A stretch of DNA of 64,000 bases from Camelus dromedarius (lineage: Eukaryota): NCBI RefSeq assembly GCF_036321535.1, contig NC_087436.1, positions 74,898,001 to 74,962,000 of the forward strand. Direction: 5' to 3'. Below are positions 39,515 to 54,114 of the stretch, piece by piece. Each line of letters starts with the position of its first letter. The first letter of the stretch is position 1. The notes under the pieces were generated by a model. It worked only from the letters and a program-made list of their open reading frames with translations. It ran no database searches and was not told the DNA's origin. The translations under genes were made by a program, and so were the position numbers.

Positions 39515-39650
39515 GCTCTAGAGACCTGCTGTACCACACTGGACTAGAGCCAACAACAGGGACGTTTCGTATACTTAAAAATGGTTAAGAGGGTAGATCT
39601 CATGTTAAGTGTTCTTACCACAATAAAAGAAAATAAAATTAAATTTTAAA
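39515..39650 (+). mobile_element. Short old L1 3' tail
   Basis: ttaagagggtagatctcatgttaagtgttcttaccacaataaaa plus A-rich tail. Confidence 0.8.
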
Positions 39651-41136
39651 AATAATAAGCAATAAGTTTTTGTGTTTTCACATAGGTTAAAAAATCTAAC
39701 TGGCTGAGTGTTTTCTATTTGTTCAAACACTACGCACAGCACTCTGCCGTCACCGTTACGTTCCCTGCAGGACTTTCAAAGGAGGTATGATTGTTATTGG
39801 TGCCAATGACATGGAGGAACGGAGCCTTGTGGGTGGTAGCAAGGCAGGTTAGTGCTGGAGCGAGGATGCAAACCCAGACGGTCTGATTTCAGAACCTGAG
39901 CTCTTACCTGCTAGGTTGTAATACTTTCCTGTTGTGCTGAAAGTTTGAAGTAGATGTCAGATGGTCAGTGGGTTAAAACATTTGTTAACAGAATAGAGCA
40001 AGTTTTTCTTTTCTAGTTGAGTTGCTTTTTAAGTGGCAAGAAAGAAAATATTCTCAGCTTGGTCACAACAGCATTTGTCTTGTCTCCTATTATATTACAA
40101 GAAGGTAAAATTATTAAAGTTCTGATTCTTTTAATCATTTTAGACTGTCATAGGCCTTCTGTTCAATGCCTGTTGACTAGCTGCATGGGTAGATGCTTTG
40201 GTCAATTAGGCTGTCTCTCTAGTTTAGTGACACCTCACTTTGATATCTCGAGAGAGAGTTCTCTTCTTGTTACTGTCACTGCTGCGCACTGAGCAGTCAG
40301 TGAGTATGTTTGTCCTGTCCACTTTCGCTAACAGATTTGTGCATCATACCCCGATGGGACGATTGGTACAAACACTTCTCTGAAGACAGTTCGAATATGT
40401 GTATGGCTCGTGCTATACTAGACCAGTGTTTCTCACATTTTAAGGTACATTCAAATCACCTAGGAATCTCATGAGAATGCAGAGCCTAAGATTCTGCATT
40501 TTTAACAAGCTCTCAGGTAAAGATGATCTAGTCCATGGACCACAATTTGAGTACTGAATTACTCAAAACTACCCAGGTTTTCTTGGGTCTGAGAGAAAAT
40601 CTGGTTTGATTTCAAAGTCATGGAAAAAAATCCTCCCCATAATTTTCTCATTTTCTCTAGGTTTTTACATATCTGATCATAAAAATCAGGTTTGATATAA
40701 ACCAAGTGATATGTTTTTATGTTTCCGAACAAAGATGTCTATAAAAACTATTTAAAAAATAAAATGTTTCCATTTGTGCCCTAAATCTATTGATTTAAAA
40801 CATTTTTCTTCTTGGCTTCAAAGTTTTTGAAATGTGTATCCCTATTGTAAATGAGATCACAGAGAATCTGACTTGAAACTTCTAGAATCATCTGGCTGTT
40901 ACAGAGCTGCCCATCTTCCAGTCTTATCTTGGGGCAGGCAGGTATAAAGCTTTTGAACGCATTCTATCTGCCATGCACACATGAGAACTCTGCATATACT
41001 AGATGCCTTTATTCTCCAAACAATCCTTTAAAATTATCCCTACACAAAAACTGGTAAATCTGAGGCCTAGAAAAAGTAAGTGACCTGTCCAAAGCCATTG
41101 ACCAGGAGACTGCACAGTTTGTGCCCTTAGCCTCTG

Positions 41137-41566
41137 TGTGATAGCCATGGGGGTTCACTGCACAGATCTCCCTCAAGGAAACAGGGCTGGCCAGTGGGGA
41201 GAAGTGCAGCTGGCTGACAGCCTCCAGGTGCTGACACCATCAGGCTGGGCTTCAACTTTCTACAGAGACCAGGCTGCTTCTGAGGGGCCCCGGCCAAGGA
41301 CTGAGCACAGCAGGGTGGTGGGGCTGGACTTCTGCTGGTCATGGAGCTCCTCTGATACACAGCCTTTTCTTGGGAGATCCTGCTGAGTTGTCATGGACAG
41401 TCAGAGCAGTGCTGCCATCAGTCGGCAGGCCCACTGCTGTTGCCTCCCTATGCTGGTCTATCACAAGAGAGAAAGAAGAAAGAGAAGAAAGAGAGGAAAG
41501 GAAAGGAAAGGAAGAAAAGAAGAGAAAGAGAGAGAGAAAGAGAGAAAGAGAGAAAGAGAGAAAGAG

Positions 41567-41613
<47 letters not shown>

Positions 41614-41635
41614 AAAGAAAGAAAGAAAGAAAGAA

Positions 41636-41691
<56 letters not shown>

Positions 41692-41692
41692 A

Positions 41693-41744
<52 letters not shown>

Positions 41745-41876
41745 AAAAGAAAGAAAGAAAAAAGAAAGAAAGAAAGGAAGGAAGAAAGAAAGGAAGGAAG
41801 AAAGAGAGAGAGAGAAACTTCTTTTACTACAACATGCATCCCAGCATATGCATCCTGGGGGACCCAGCTCACACAC
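41137..41876 (+). mobile_element. LTR16-like ERVL LTR interrupted by a microsatellite
   Basis: 5' part cagatctccctcaagga...gctggctgacagcctc; 3' part gcatcctgggggacccagctcacaca resumes after the GAAA tract. Confidence 0.55.
41465..41817 (+). repeat. (GAAA)n/(GA)n/(GGAA)n polypurine microsatellite, ~350 bp
   Basis: Seen directly; source of the K/E/R-rich and F/L/S-rich pseudo-ORFs. Confidence 0.98.
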
Positions 41877-44792
41877 CCTGTCTTTAAATATTTGGAATAC
41901 CGCCACACGAAAGAGCAAGTGTTTTCATATGGTGATAAGGGCTGAATTAGTACAAAGTGACTGAACCAGTAGGAAAGTGGCTTTCACCTGTACAGAAGGG
42001 AGAACTTTCTAACATCCAGAACTGCCCAGCAGTGGAATGGGCTGCCTCAAGACTAAGTTCCCAGGCACTACAGTCATTCAGGCCAATTGGAGGACTGCTT
42101 GGTCCATGAAGGGCGTATGACATTACTGCAACCCCCACCCCACACACACTGGAGCATCCAAGATGCTCAACATCCACAATGCTGACTGAGTAGCAAAAAT
42201 CAAATTGTTTAGGAAGCCACACCAGGAAGACCAAATCTTTGATTTTTCAGCGGCTCCACGGGTCTGGTTTCACACATCTGCACTTGGAACACATGTCCCA
42301 GGGCAGCCCAGTGGTGCTCTAGGTCAGGCCAGCCATTATCCACATATTTTTCTTGTTTTTTTTTTTTAATCAAAGAGCCCCTAGAAAGTGAGTTAAGGCT
42401 GTGGGCTGATTGTGCCCATGGGCTACTTAGCCAGATCAAAATCAAAATGCACATATGCTTTATTAAACAATCTGCAGTATGGGGTTCAGAATCTGATGAA
42501 ATTCTAACGACACCATCCACTGACACCTGGTTCTCAAGCTCAAAACCTTGCCTACTGGAGCCAGAAAGATTCTCTTCCGTGAAGCTGTTGCCTCCCTCGT
42601 TTCATCAAGACACAGCCACACCAGTGGAGGGACACACCTTTGCCCCCTTCCAGGATTCCCATGATGGTGAGACTACATATGTAATCATATCTTTCAGACA
42701 GTCAAATAAGAGGTGGGAAAGTCTGGTAAAGAAACAGTAACCTAGTCAGCATAGGGACCTTCATTAGATCTACAAATCTACTTACTGAGCACCTATCAAA
42801 GGCTGGACTCTCTTGCAGGTGCTAGGAACACAACGATGTGCCTGACAGAGTCCCTGATTTCCTGGAGGATATATTCAAATACCACTAAGAGAGTCCACTG
42901 ACCCTTCACTTAGAGAAGCAATCAAAGCCACAACCACTGATTCGATCCCAGAGCACCCCCAAATTCCTACAGCACTCCTGCCATGTATCGCCTACGTTTT
43001 CAAGAAATACTTTATTACACTAATAGTGCTCCGAAGCCAATTCATAAAATTTGCAAGAAGAGTTCAAAAAAAGCAAGCTCAGCAATTTTGAGGGCTTTTA
43101 AAACTGATGATGCAGCTGACCTACTGGAGACAAAGGCAGGGGGAGGGCCTTACTGGTACAAATAAATAGGAGTGTCCGTGCTGAGAACCCACAGTTGAGA
43201 CTCAGAGCTGAAGTCTGAACTCCACCTTGAGGCAGAATGAGGTTCACCCTGGGATTTCTGCTTCTCCTGCTGCTGGTCTGCAGCCTCTCTCCAGTCCATG
43301 GTGAGAACTTTCACTTCTGCTGTCACTGTGCTTAAATGGGAATGGTCTTCAGCCATTTCATTTTTTTTTTTTAATTAGAAAATGTGGGGAAGTAAGAATG
43401 AAGGAGGAAAAGCTGTTCAATTGCTCCTAGATTTCTAAAAGTAAGGTGCTTAGGGATTTAACCTTAGGGGCTGGAAACATTTATATTGTTGAGATTGTGG
43501 CCCAGAGAAGGAAGAGATACTGGAGGTCCAACGTCCATGTGACTTACCCTTGGTTTGCCTATTTCTGGCCTTTTTCAGATTCAGGTCTGCCTATAACTCA
43601 TTCTTTCCAGGTTTCTCTTCTTCATTGTGCCTTTTACTGATACCCCTTCTGACCAAACCCTTTATAGGGTTTAAAAACTATTGTCCTCAACCTGTTGGTC
43701 TCCCAAAGGGAACGTTTGATGCAATTTTATACAGTTAGCTCTGATGTGAACCATTGTAATAGGGATATTAAGTACACATTTTCTGCAGAGAAGCAAATTT
43801 CCAAGTCAAAATGGGGAGGTCTTCTTTGCGTAAAGAGGTAAATATCCAGTTGGTGTGGTAAATGTTTATACAGCTGAAGGAATCTGATGTATGTGTGGGA
43901 TGATACACTCTGTTCAGGTATAGATGACTAATTTTGGTTCTTAAAATGCAGGATTTTTTCCAATTTGTATTTTGCTTCATATGTTACTTTCATTCTTCAA
44001 GACCCTCATCTCTCTCTTCCTCCCTGAAGCTTTTCCATTGCTCTTGTCAAAGTCCCCTGTTCTCATTCCGGCAGCCTGAACTGCAGGTGAAATACAGCAT
44101 TGTGTGGTATTTTAGGTTTTGTTCATTTGTTTCCCCCACTAAATTGTAAATGCCCTAAGAGTGGGGTCCTTTTTATTTGCAAATACACGTCACACACAGT
44201 GGTAGGCACTGGGGTTAAAGAAGGTAGAATTGGTTAATATGCATGAGGTGGGTTACCTGTAAAAATATCCAGTGCTATTAGCTTTTATTGCTGAATACAA
44301 AGAGTTGAATTTTTATTATTAGCTTTTGTTTGGTATTGATTTGCAACTGAAATGGAGGACCAACATATTAAACAAAAACAATAAATATCTTTCGTGGCAT
44401 TTCCTTGGAGAGACAGGGAGGGTTGGTGGGGCGAGGGTGTGATGAGAGAGACAACTCTGCTACCGCTGGTTCATGCTCCGGGGACTCAGTAATGAGTTCC
44501 TGTCCTCTGTTTTATGTGTGGGGAATGAAGATCAGTCAATTTTATAACTGCATTAAGAATAACAGTTGTAAGAACTCACAGTGGCAATTTTCAAATATTA
44601 TCATAAGGACCACCACCTGAGTACCAACATAACGCTATCACAAATTTCAGTAAGTGTTGTGTTTTTAAAAAGCTAGTTCTATCTTTAAGGTTTTGGTAGA
44701 AAATATTTGAAAATAAGCCAAGACAAGCAGAAATACAGAAACTAAAGGCATAGGGTGGAAGCATCGACTTGAAATTTTTAATTTTCTAAAAA

Positions 44793-44979
44793 AACTGAAG
44801 TAGAGCTGTTTTTCAATGTTGTGTTAATTTCTGGTGTACAGCATAGTGATTCAGTTATACAAATATATATTCCTTTTCATATTCTTTTCCATTATAGGCT
44901 ATTACAAGATATTGAATATAGTTCCCTGTGCTACACAGTAGGACCTTGTTGCTTATCTATTTTATATGTGGTAGTTAGA
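44793..44979 (-). mobile_element. Short lineage-specific L1 3' end
   Basis: aatttctggtgtacagcatagtgattcagttatac...caagatattgaatatagttccctgtgcta. Confidence 0.88.
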
Positions 44980-45284
44980 AATCTTTAAATACACAGTATG
45001 AAAGACTGCTGATTAAGTTCTAGTTGTGAATTATATTCCAAAGAGATTAAAATAACCAATTCTGTGTTTATAGGTGTTTTGGAGACCCTTAACACAGACT
45101 TAAAGTGTAGATGCATGCGAGAGACCATTAAATCCTACCCTATCCGCTTCATCCAAAAGCTTCAAATCTCACCCCCTGGGAACGGATGTCCAAAAAAAGA
45201 AATAATGTAAGTCATAATAAATATATATGATTCCTCAAAGTGATTTACTTTGAGTGGTGCTAGCAATTCATTCTCAAGCTAATA

Positions 45285-45500
45285 ATGAGAATCAGCAATA
45301 CTTGTTAAGTACTTATTTGCAGGGGTCTGGAGCTAATGCACATGCTTTATGCCCATTCACACGTTTTATTCCTTCAACAGCCTTATTAAGGTATGTCTAC
45401 TGTTATCAATCCTTTAAAGATGCAGAATCGGAAGCTTAGGGAGGTTAACTAACTGCCCTGAGGCACACCATTAGAAAGGGACAGAGCCAAGACTCTTACC
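45285..45500 (-). mobile_element. MIR SINE
   Basis: ccttcaacagccttattaaggta...agatgcagaatcggaagcttagggaggttaactaactgcc. Confidence 0.75.
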
Positions 45501-46984
45501 TGCCAAATTCCAGTTGCTAGCAGAAGCAGACACTTTGTTCCCCAGAAGTTAAAGAGCAAGCAGATAAGTACCCACAACAGCCCTTGGTTGGAATGTCCAT
45601 TTTGTGGAACTGTCTTTTAGCTTTAGGTTCTATCAGCTTTGATCCCATAACTCTGATTATAAGTTAGGCTGAGGGGATAGTAGTGACTGCAAGATCTTAG
45701 ATATTTTCTTTTGTTGAAATGGCATGACCCCTTCCTTCCGTGATCCTCCCTTTTCTGTACTCCCAGAGAGCTATGTGGATGGCTTTATCAGAGCAGCCTC
45801 CACGGAACATCACATGAGACTACACATTGCAGGGAAAGCCCCTAGTACCGTGCCAGGCACGGTGGTAAATATTCAGTTAATTGTTAAATAATTGGTAAAT
45901 ATTCATTATTGCCAGTGCTTCATCCTGTACCTGGCCTAGAGAAGAGGCTCACCAAATGTTGAATTGTTGCGTTGAGTATTTGAAATGAGGCCTGTAGATC
46001 TTTTGCCCGTCCCTGCTTAGAACTGTGATTTCTTCTTCCTGGATCCACCCTGAATGAACCACACCCCCACAGCACTTCAGAGTACAGGCAGGGCATCCTT
46101 TTCAGGGCACCCCCACGGGGCTCGGCGTTCATCAGCAGATCTCCCCTTGGGCTGCTTCAGAATTTTGAGGCGTTTGGAAGCAGCCACTTTTTGTTTGTCT
46201 TATTTTGATGTCTGTGCTTTGGGTCCACTTATAACCAGGAAATACGGGGTATCAAAAATAAGCATGGAAATTCTTCATTCAAAAGGCATTGTACTTTCAC
46301 TACTGCCTTTGACAATGAACGTTTTGACTAAACCGTGACTATTGCCTTCAAACTCAGAAATGTGAAATCTAGCCATGACCTATTTGGGAGCAGTTTCTGT
46401 GACTGTCTAGAAAAACGAGGCTCCTTTCTTTTCATTACACTTTCTCTCTCTTGAGTTAAGTCTCTCATCTCTCAACCAGGGGAAGCGGTGCATCCTAATT
46501 TTCTCTACTTTGACTTCAATCGTCTTGAAGTGACAAAAATTTGATTTCATGTCTTCTGATCAAATTCTGCATTTCGGAATTTAACCAGATATAGAAACAA
46601 AAGCTGCAAATTATTATGAGAAACTCATGGCAGTCAGGAGTGAAAGTGCTGTGAGTCCAGATGGTCAGAAATCTGTTTTTCTATCATGAACTCAGAAACC
46701 AAGTTGGAAGGCTCTATTGAAGAACCCCAGTTCTATGATCTCTGACCTCTCTGAGATTCAACTTCCCAGGGTGGAATTTCAAAGTTAGATGGATGGGTCC
46801 TTGTTGTTTGTGATTTTATAGCTAAAATAAATGACACATCAAGAAATTGTTTTGTTCGAGGTCACCCCAACAGTGAGTAAAGTCTCCCAGTTTGCTGTCA
46901 CCTGTGAGACCTCACTTCTTCCACTGCAGGTAAAACATTCCACACCATATCTGGTACTTGATGACCATTCAGATCATGCCCATG

Positions 46985-47240
46985 TAGAGCAGTGGCTGAA
47001 AGTGTGGGTTCCAGAAACACATAACCATTATTTGAATCCTGCTCTACCATGCGTTTGTTGTGCAATATTATGCGATCTTTTTTAAACTCCCTAAGCCTCA
47101 AGTTCCTCATCTGAAGGTGTGGAAATAATAGTTCCTCTAGCACTGGATTTTTGTGAGATTCATCGAGATAATTCATGTTCCCTGCTGAGCACAGTGGCTG
47201 GCACATTGTAAGTGCTTGATCAATATCAGCTGTCAATTAT
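46985..47240 (+). mobile_element. MIR SINE
   Basis: tttgaatcctgctctacca...ccctaagcctcaagttcctcatctg...tggcacattgtaagtgctt. Confidence 0.8.
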
Positions 47241-49527
47241 AGGTACTGCTTCTATTGTTGCTTAATTACATAGAGCATCGGAAATCTCATTCACTGATGG
47301 TTCAGCCAAATGCAGATGTCACTCAGAGTAATCAGCTCTGCAACCTCTCCCACGATAAATTTCATTGGTTTTTTTTTTTCCCAAATAAAAGGTCCTTAAG
47401 AGAATGTTTCCTATAGTCTATTTTGTTCTCCCAAGCTCAATGGACAAACACATTTTAAAGATATTGTGATATAGCTTTAGAAGTGAGCCAACCTTGGAGT
47501 CAGCTATTTGGTCCATTTCCAATTCATATAAAGGTTGTCAACTAGATACTAACCTCTGACCTGTGAGATTCTGTCAACTCGTATTCAGTTCCACTAGCTC
47601 ACACATATCAGTCACAAAATGGTGTTTCTCTTATTCATCAGACCTCATGCTATAAATCACCTACTCCAGATCCAAAGCTGCCTACCTCCAATTTCACTTC
47701 ATGTGGAAATCATTATTTTTTTTTACTCAAATCTTTCCTTAAGTGCAGGACTGACCAAAATATAACACCACTTTATTTTGATTTATTCTCCCCCAGAGCC
47801 TGGACAAAGTCTAAGTCAATTGTCTGCTTGGATCCTAAAGCCAAATGGATACAGACACTAATATGGAGAATGTTACAGAGGTGAGCCAGGCATACCAAGA
47901 GTTTGCAGATTCCAGTTGTACTGAAGGGGCAGTCAAAATGGGGACCATTTTAAATTTGTGAAATATTCCTGAGACAAATGCCTATTCTCCACTACTATTA
48001 CTTATCAGATGGAGTTGGGGTGACTCATACCAGCAGCTGCTCAGTAAACTAAACTGGAATGAATTTGCACAGTATCCCTTATTCTATATCTCTTAGTTTC
48101 TGGTACATCTTTCTCTAACCATGACTCTCTCGTTTTAATTTCACAGAAGAAATGCTTCCTCAACTTCACCAGTTCCAGTGGTTAAGAAAAGGGCTACCTG
48201 ATGCCAATATCCCCACCAAGGACACCTGCACTACCCCTTCATTCCTGCTCTGGGTTTTAGATTTGTGTTTGGTTGTATCTTTTCCAGGAAAAAATCTTTC
48301 CCATTTAAGTAAGCATGAGAATATATGTAAAAATAAAAAAAATCTGACGGGGTGATCTTGAGCTTCTTTTGAATATAGTACCTTACATCTTGGAGTTTGC
48401 ATTCTTACTCATGAGGTAGGAAAGTTCCTTTGAGGATACTTAGTTATAAATCATATAGGTTTCTTTCAATAATATACCTGTTGTTAAATGCTTAATTTTC
48501 CTAGAAAATAAAGGAATGAGAATTTTTAAAACTCAAATCTGAACATATGGCTTGAGTTAAAGAGGAAATGATGGAATGTGTTTCAATCATTTTACACCCC
48601 AAGAAAAGCAAGCTTCCATAAGAGATTTGAAAAGCTGAATACCCATGATATTTCAGTCTGACAAGAGACAGAGGGTCCACATCATAGATATCCTTCATTT
48701 AAAAGCTCACTATTGAGAAGAACAGTGTCCTACTTTTAAAGTGTTCCTTTATAAGATTTATTGTCACAAATAAAAACTGATAATATTTAAAGATCCCCAG
48801 ATTTAAATTCATAGAATATTCAGGAAAAGCATTTAAATGGTGATCTTTAGATGTAGTCTTTTATATATTTGCTTTGACAAACTTTTTTAAAAATCACATC
48901 TTTTGCACAGACTTTTTTTTTTTTTTTTTTTTTGGTCTCTGGTGTCCAATTCTTTAATGCTTCATATTAATCTAATGCTATCCAATAAACGTGCACAAAT
49001 ATTTTACTTAATTATGAGCAATTCATTCTTAACAGAGGGTTTACTCAAATTTAGTCATTCTCTGACTCTTCATAATGAAAAGTAGGATTTCATCATGTTA
49101 ATTTTTCTTTACATGCTGCTTACATTTTAATTTGTGACCTAAATTACATGGCAAAGGGCAAGTGAAGTTATTCCTGATATTAACACAGAGGGAAATGCTT
49201 GCCTCCAAGAGCCTCTTCTCCTTGATACACTAATCATGATTTCTTCCAGAAATGCCCAAACTCTAACAAAAACCCATTTTCACTATCTCATTATATTGAT
49301 TCTGTAAACTGAAATAAATGCATAGCCTAAAAGTTGAGTTATGTTTTATTCAAAAGACATTTCTGAGGATTTGAATCCCTTCAAGCCCAGGATGACAGCC
49401 TCTCAGATAGCTCTGAGGGACTGCTCTGAAGAGATAGAGGAGGAGCCAAAATATATAGGAGTTTTACAACAAAGACCAGGTATTCAGAACATTAAAGATT
49501 ACTGTTAAAGAAAACCAGATATCTCAA

Positions 49528-52500
49528 AAAAAAAAAAAAAAAAGACATTAAAATCATAAAGGGTGGGAGATGGAGCAAGAAAATACAGATTTTTTCCTCT
49601 CTCTCTTCATTGTTTCCTTTTTTCTTTTTCTTTCTTTTTTTTTTTTTTCCTTGTTCTTTTTAGGGTGTGTTTGAGCCTACATGACTGCCAGTCTAAAGCA
49701 AACAGATACAGTAAGGGGTTAACATACTTGACATAACAGGGTAACCACAAATCAAAGGCATACAATAGAGTCACAAAAAACAAAAAGAAACCAGGCTAAT
49801 ACAAAAGAAAATTATCAAACCACTCACAAAAAAAAAAAAAAAAAAAAAAAAAAGGAAAAGGAAAAGAAAGGAACAAAGAAGAAATACCAAATCAACTGGA
49901 AAACAATGGTCAAAATGGGAATAAACACACATCTATCAATAACTACTATAAATGTCAATGGACTAAATGTTCCAATCAAAAGACATAGAGTGGGAGATTG
50001 GATAATAAAATAAAAACCTACAATATGCAGCCTAAAAGAGACCCACTTTAGAGTAAAGGACACACATACATTGAAAGTGAGAGGATGGAAAAATATATTT
50101 CATGCAAATAGAAACGACAAGAAAGCAGGAGGAGTAGCAATAATTATATCAGACAAAATCGACTTTAAAACAAAGGCCATATAGAAAGATAGAGAAGGAC
50201 ACTATGTAATGATCAAAGGATCAATACAAGATGAGGATATTACACTCATTAACATATATGCACCCAATATAGGAGCATCTACATATATAAAACAAATACT
50301 AACAGACACAAAGGGAGAAATTAATGTGAATACAATAATAGTAGGAGACTTTAACACCCCACTAACATCATTGGACAGGTCTTTCAGACTGAAAATCAAT
50401 AAGGCAATGGAGATACTAAATGACACAATAGAACAGTTGGACTTGGTTGATATTTTTAGGATATTATGTCTCCAAAACACAGAATATACATTCTTTTCAA
50501 GTGCTCATAGAACATTCTCTAGGATAGACCACATATTCAGGCACAAAAGAAGCCCCAACAAATTTAAGAGGATAGAAGTTATTTCAAGCATCTTCTCTGA
50601 TCACAATGCCATGAAACTAGAAATCAACCACAGAAAAACAAAGGAGAAAAAAAAATGACATGGAGAATAAAAAACATGTTACTAAAAAGCCAATGGGTCA
50701 ATGATGAAATCATAGAAGAAATTAAAAAATACCTTCAGACAAATGACAATGAAAACACAACCACACAAAATCTATGGGATGCAGCAAAAGCAGTCCTAAA
50801 AGAAAAGTTCATAGTGATACAGGCCTCCGTCAAAAAACAAGAACAATCTCAAATAAACCATCTAATCTACCACCTAAAAGAATTAGAAAAAGAAGAGCAA
50901 ACAAAGCCTAAAGTCATCAAGAGAAAAGAAATAATAAAGATCAGGGAGGAAATAAATAAAATGCAGATTAGAAAAAAAAAAACAATAGAAAAAAATCTAT
51001 CAAACCAAGAGCTGGTTTTTTGAAAGAACAAATAAAATGGACAAGCCTCTGCCAGGCTCTCCAAGAAGAAAAGAGAGAAGACACAAATAAACAAATAAGA
51101 AAGGAAAATAGAGAAATTACAACCAACACCACAGAAATACAAAATATCAGAAGAGAATACTATAAAGAACTATATGGCAATAAATTGGACAACTTAGAAG
51201 AAATGGATACGTTTCCAGAAACATACAGTCCACCAAAACTGAATCAACAAGATATAGATCATTTGAACAGACCAAGCACTAGAAGTGAAATAGAATCAGC
51301 AATAAAAAGCTTCCCTGCAAACAAAAGTCCAGGACCAGATGGCTTCACCAGGGAATTCTATCAAACATACAAATAAGAGCTCATATCAATCCATCTCCAA
51401 CTCTTCCTAAAGATTGAAGAGGTGGGAATACTTCCAAACTAATTCTATGAAGCCACCATCACACTGATACAAAAGCCAGACAAAGACACTACCAAAGAAG
51501 AGAACTATAGGCCAATATTGTTGATGAACATAGATGCAAAAATCCTCAAAAAATATTAGCAAACAGAATCCAACAAACATAAAAAAGATTACACACCATG
51601 ATCAAGTTGGGGTCATCCCAGGGACATAAGGATGGTTCAACATACACAAATCAATCAATGTGACTCACCACACATCAAGAGAAAGGACTAAAGTCACATA
51701 ATCATTTCAATAGATGCAAAAAATTTTTCATGAAATTCAGCACCCATTTATGATAAAAATTCTAACCAAAGTGGGTATAGAGAGAACATATCTCAACATA
51801 ATAAAAGGTATTTATGACAAACCTATAGCCAATGTAATACTCAATAGTGAAAAGCTGAAAGCTTTCTCACTGAAATCTGGGAGAAGTCAAAGATGCCCAC
51901 TCTCACCACTTCTATTCAATGTAGTATTGGAAGTCCTAGCCATAGCAATTAAACAAGAAAAAGAAATAAAAAGGATCCAAATTGGAAGAGAAGAGGTAAA
52001 ATTGTCATTATATGCGGAAGATATGATACTGTATATAGAAAACCCTTAAGACTCCACAAAAAAACTACTAGAGCTGATAAAAGAATTTGGCAAAGTAGCA
52101 GGATACAAAATTAACATACAAAAATCAGTGGCATTTCTTTACAATAACAACGAAATATCTGAAAAGAAATGTAAAGAAACAATTCCTTTTAAAATTGCAT
52201 CCAAAAAAACAAAACACTTAGGAATAAATCTGACCAAGGAAGTGAAAGACATACACAGAGAACTACAAGACACCGACTAAGCAAATTAAAGATGACTTAA
52301 AGAAAAGGAAAGATATCCCATGCTCTTGGTCTGGAAGAACTCGTATTGTTAAAATGGCCATACTACCCAAAGCAATCTATAGATTTAATACAATTTCTAT
52401 CAAATCACCCAGGACATTTTTCACAGAATTGGAACAAATAATACTAAAATTCATATGAAATCACAAAAGACCCAGAATTGCCAAAGCAATACTGAAGAAA

Positions 52501-54087
52501 AATAATGAAGCTGGAGGAATAACCCTCCCAGACTTCAGACAATACTATAGAGCTAAAATAATCAAAACAGCATGGTACTGGTACAAAAACAGACATATAT
52601 ATCAACGGAACAGAATAGAAAGCCCAGAAATAAACCCACAGACTTTTGGTCAATTACCTTTGACAAAGGAGGCAAGAAAGGAGGCCTTACAATGGATTAA
52701 GGCAGTCTCTTCAGCAAATGGTGTTGGGAAAACTGGACAGCAGCATGTAAAACAATGAAGCTAGAACACTCTCTTACACCATACACAAAAATAAACTCAA
52801 AATGGGTCAGACTTAAACATAAGACAAGATACAAAAACCTCTTAGAAGAAAACATAGGCAAAACATTATCTGACATAAATCTCAGCAATGTTCTCCTAGG
52901 GCAGTCTACCCAGGAAACAGAAATAAAAGCAAAAATAAACAAACAGGACCTATTAAACTTATAAGCGTTTGCACAGCAAAGGAAACCATAAGGAAAACAA
53001 AAAGACAACCTATGGAATGGGAGAAAAATACTTGCAAAAAATTAGACTGAAGGGCTTTATTTCCAGAATATATAAACAGCTAATACAATTTAATAAGAAA
53101 AAAAACAAACAATCCAATCCAAAAATGGGCACAAGACCTAAACAAGCAATTCTCCAATGAAGACATATAATGGCCAATAGGCCCATGAAAAAATGCTCAG
53201 TAGCACTAATATCAGAGAAATGCAGATCAAAACTTCAATGAGGTATCACCTCACACCAGTCAGAATGGCCATCATTCAAAAGCCCATGAATTATAAATGC
53301 TGTGGATAAACTGTGTGGAGAAAAGGGAACCCTCCTACCCTGTTGGTGGGAATGGAGTTTGGTGCAGCTGTTATGGAAAACAGTATGGAGATTCTTCAAA
53401 AGACTAAAAATAGACTTTATTATATGATCCAGTAATCCACTCCTGGGCATATATTCAGAGGGAAACTTAATTCAAAAAGACACATGCACTCAAATGTTTA
53501 TAGCAGCACTATATACAATAGCCAAGACAAGGAAATGACCTAAATGTCCATGGACAGATGACTGGATAAAGAAATTCAGTATATTTATACAGTGGAATAC
53601 TACTCAGTCATAAAAAAGAATAAAATAATGTCATTTACAGCAACATGGATAGAACTGGAGGTTGTCATTCTAACTGAAATAAGCCAGAAAGAGAAAGAAA
53701 AATATCATATGATATCACTTTATGTGGAATCTAAAAAAAAAGACAACCAAACATATGTAAAACAGAAAACAGACTCACAGAAATAGAGAACAAACTTATG
53801 GTTATGGGTGGGGGAAGGAGGTAGGTTGGAATAAATTGGGAGTTTTAGATTTTCAGATACTAACTAATACATATAAAATAGATAAGCAATAAGTTTATAC
53901 TGTATAACACAGGGAACTATATTCAATATCTTGTAGTAACTTATGGTGAAAACAGAATATGAAAATGAATATATGTATGTTCATGTATGACTGAAACATG
54001 CTGTACATCAGAAATTTATACAATATTATAAACTGAATACACTTCAATTAAAAAAAAAATATATATATATATAAACACATATAAAAG
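49528..54087 (+). mobile_element. 5'-truncated lineage-specific LINE-1 (~4.6 kb)
   Basis: Inter-ORF region, whole ORF2 span, 3'UTR, A/AT tail; 21-bp TSD aaagaaaaccagatatctcaa (49507-49527) / aaagaaaaccagacatcacaa (54088-54108). Confidence 0.97.
49915..53735 (+). pseudogene. LINE-1 ORF2 (endonuclease/reverse transcriptase), inactivated
   Basis: MGINTHLSITTINVNGLNVPIKR start, VGDFNTPL and FSDHN endonuclease motifs, [11 protein letters not shown] motif decayed to YAEDMILY; many stops and frameshifts. Confidence 0.93.
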
Positions 54088-54114
54088 AAAGAAAACCAGA
54101 CATCACAAGTTAAA

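Noticed and set aside
41339..41964. Five long overlapping ORFs (156-191 aa)
   Set aside because: Stop-free read-through of the GAAA microsatellite; low complexity
38960..48200. Scattered polypyrimidine+AG acceptor-like sites (e.g. ~38982, ~40016, ~48146)
   Set aside because: No matching donors or recognisable coding frames; cannot be supported without RNA data
49915..53735. Possible active reverse transcriptase gene
   Set aside because: L1 ORF2 with many stops/frameshifts, YADD decayed to YAED, no ORF1 or 5'UTR
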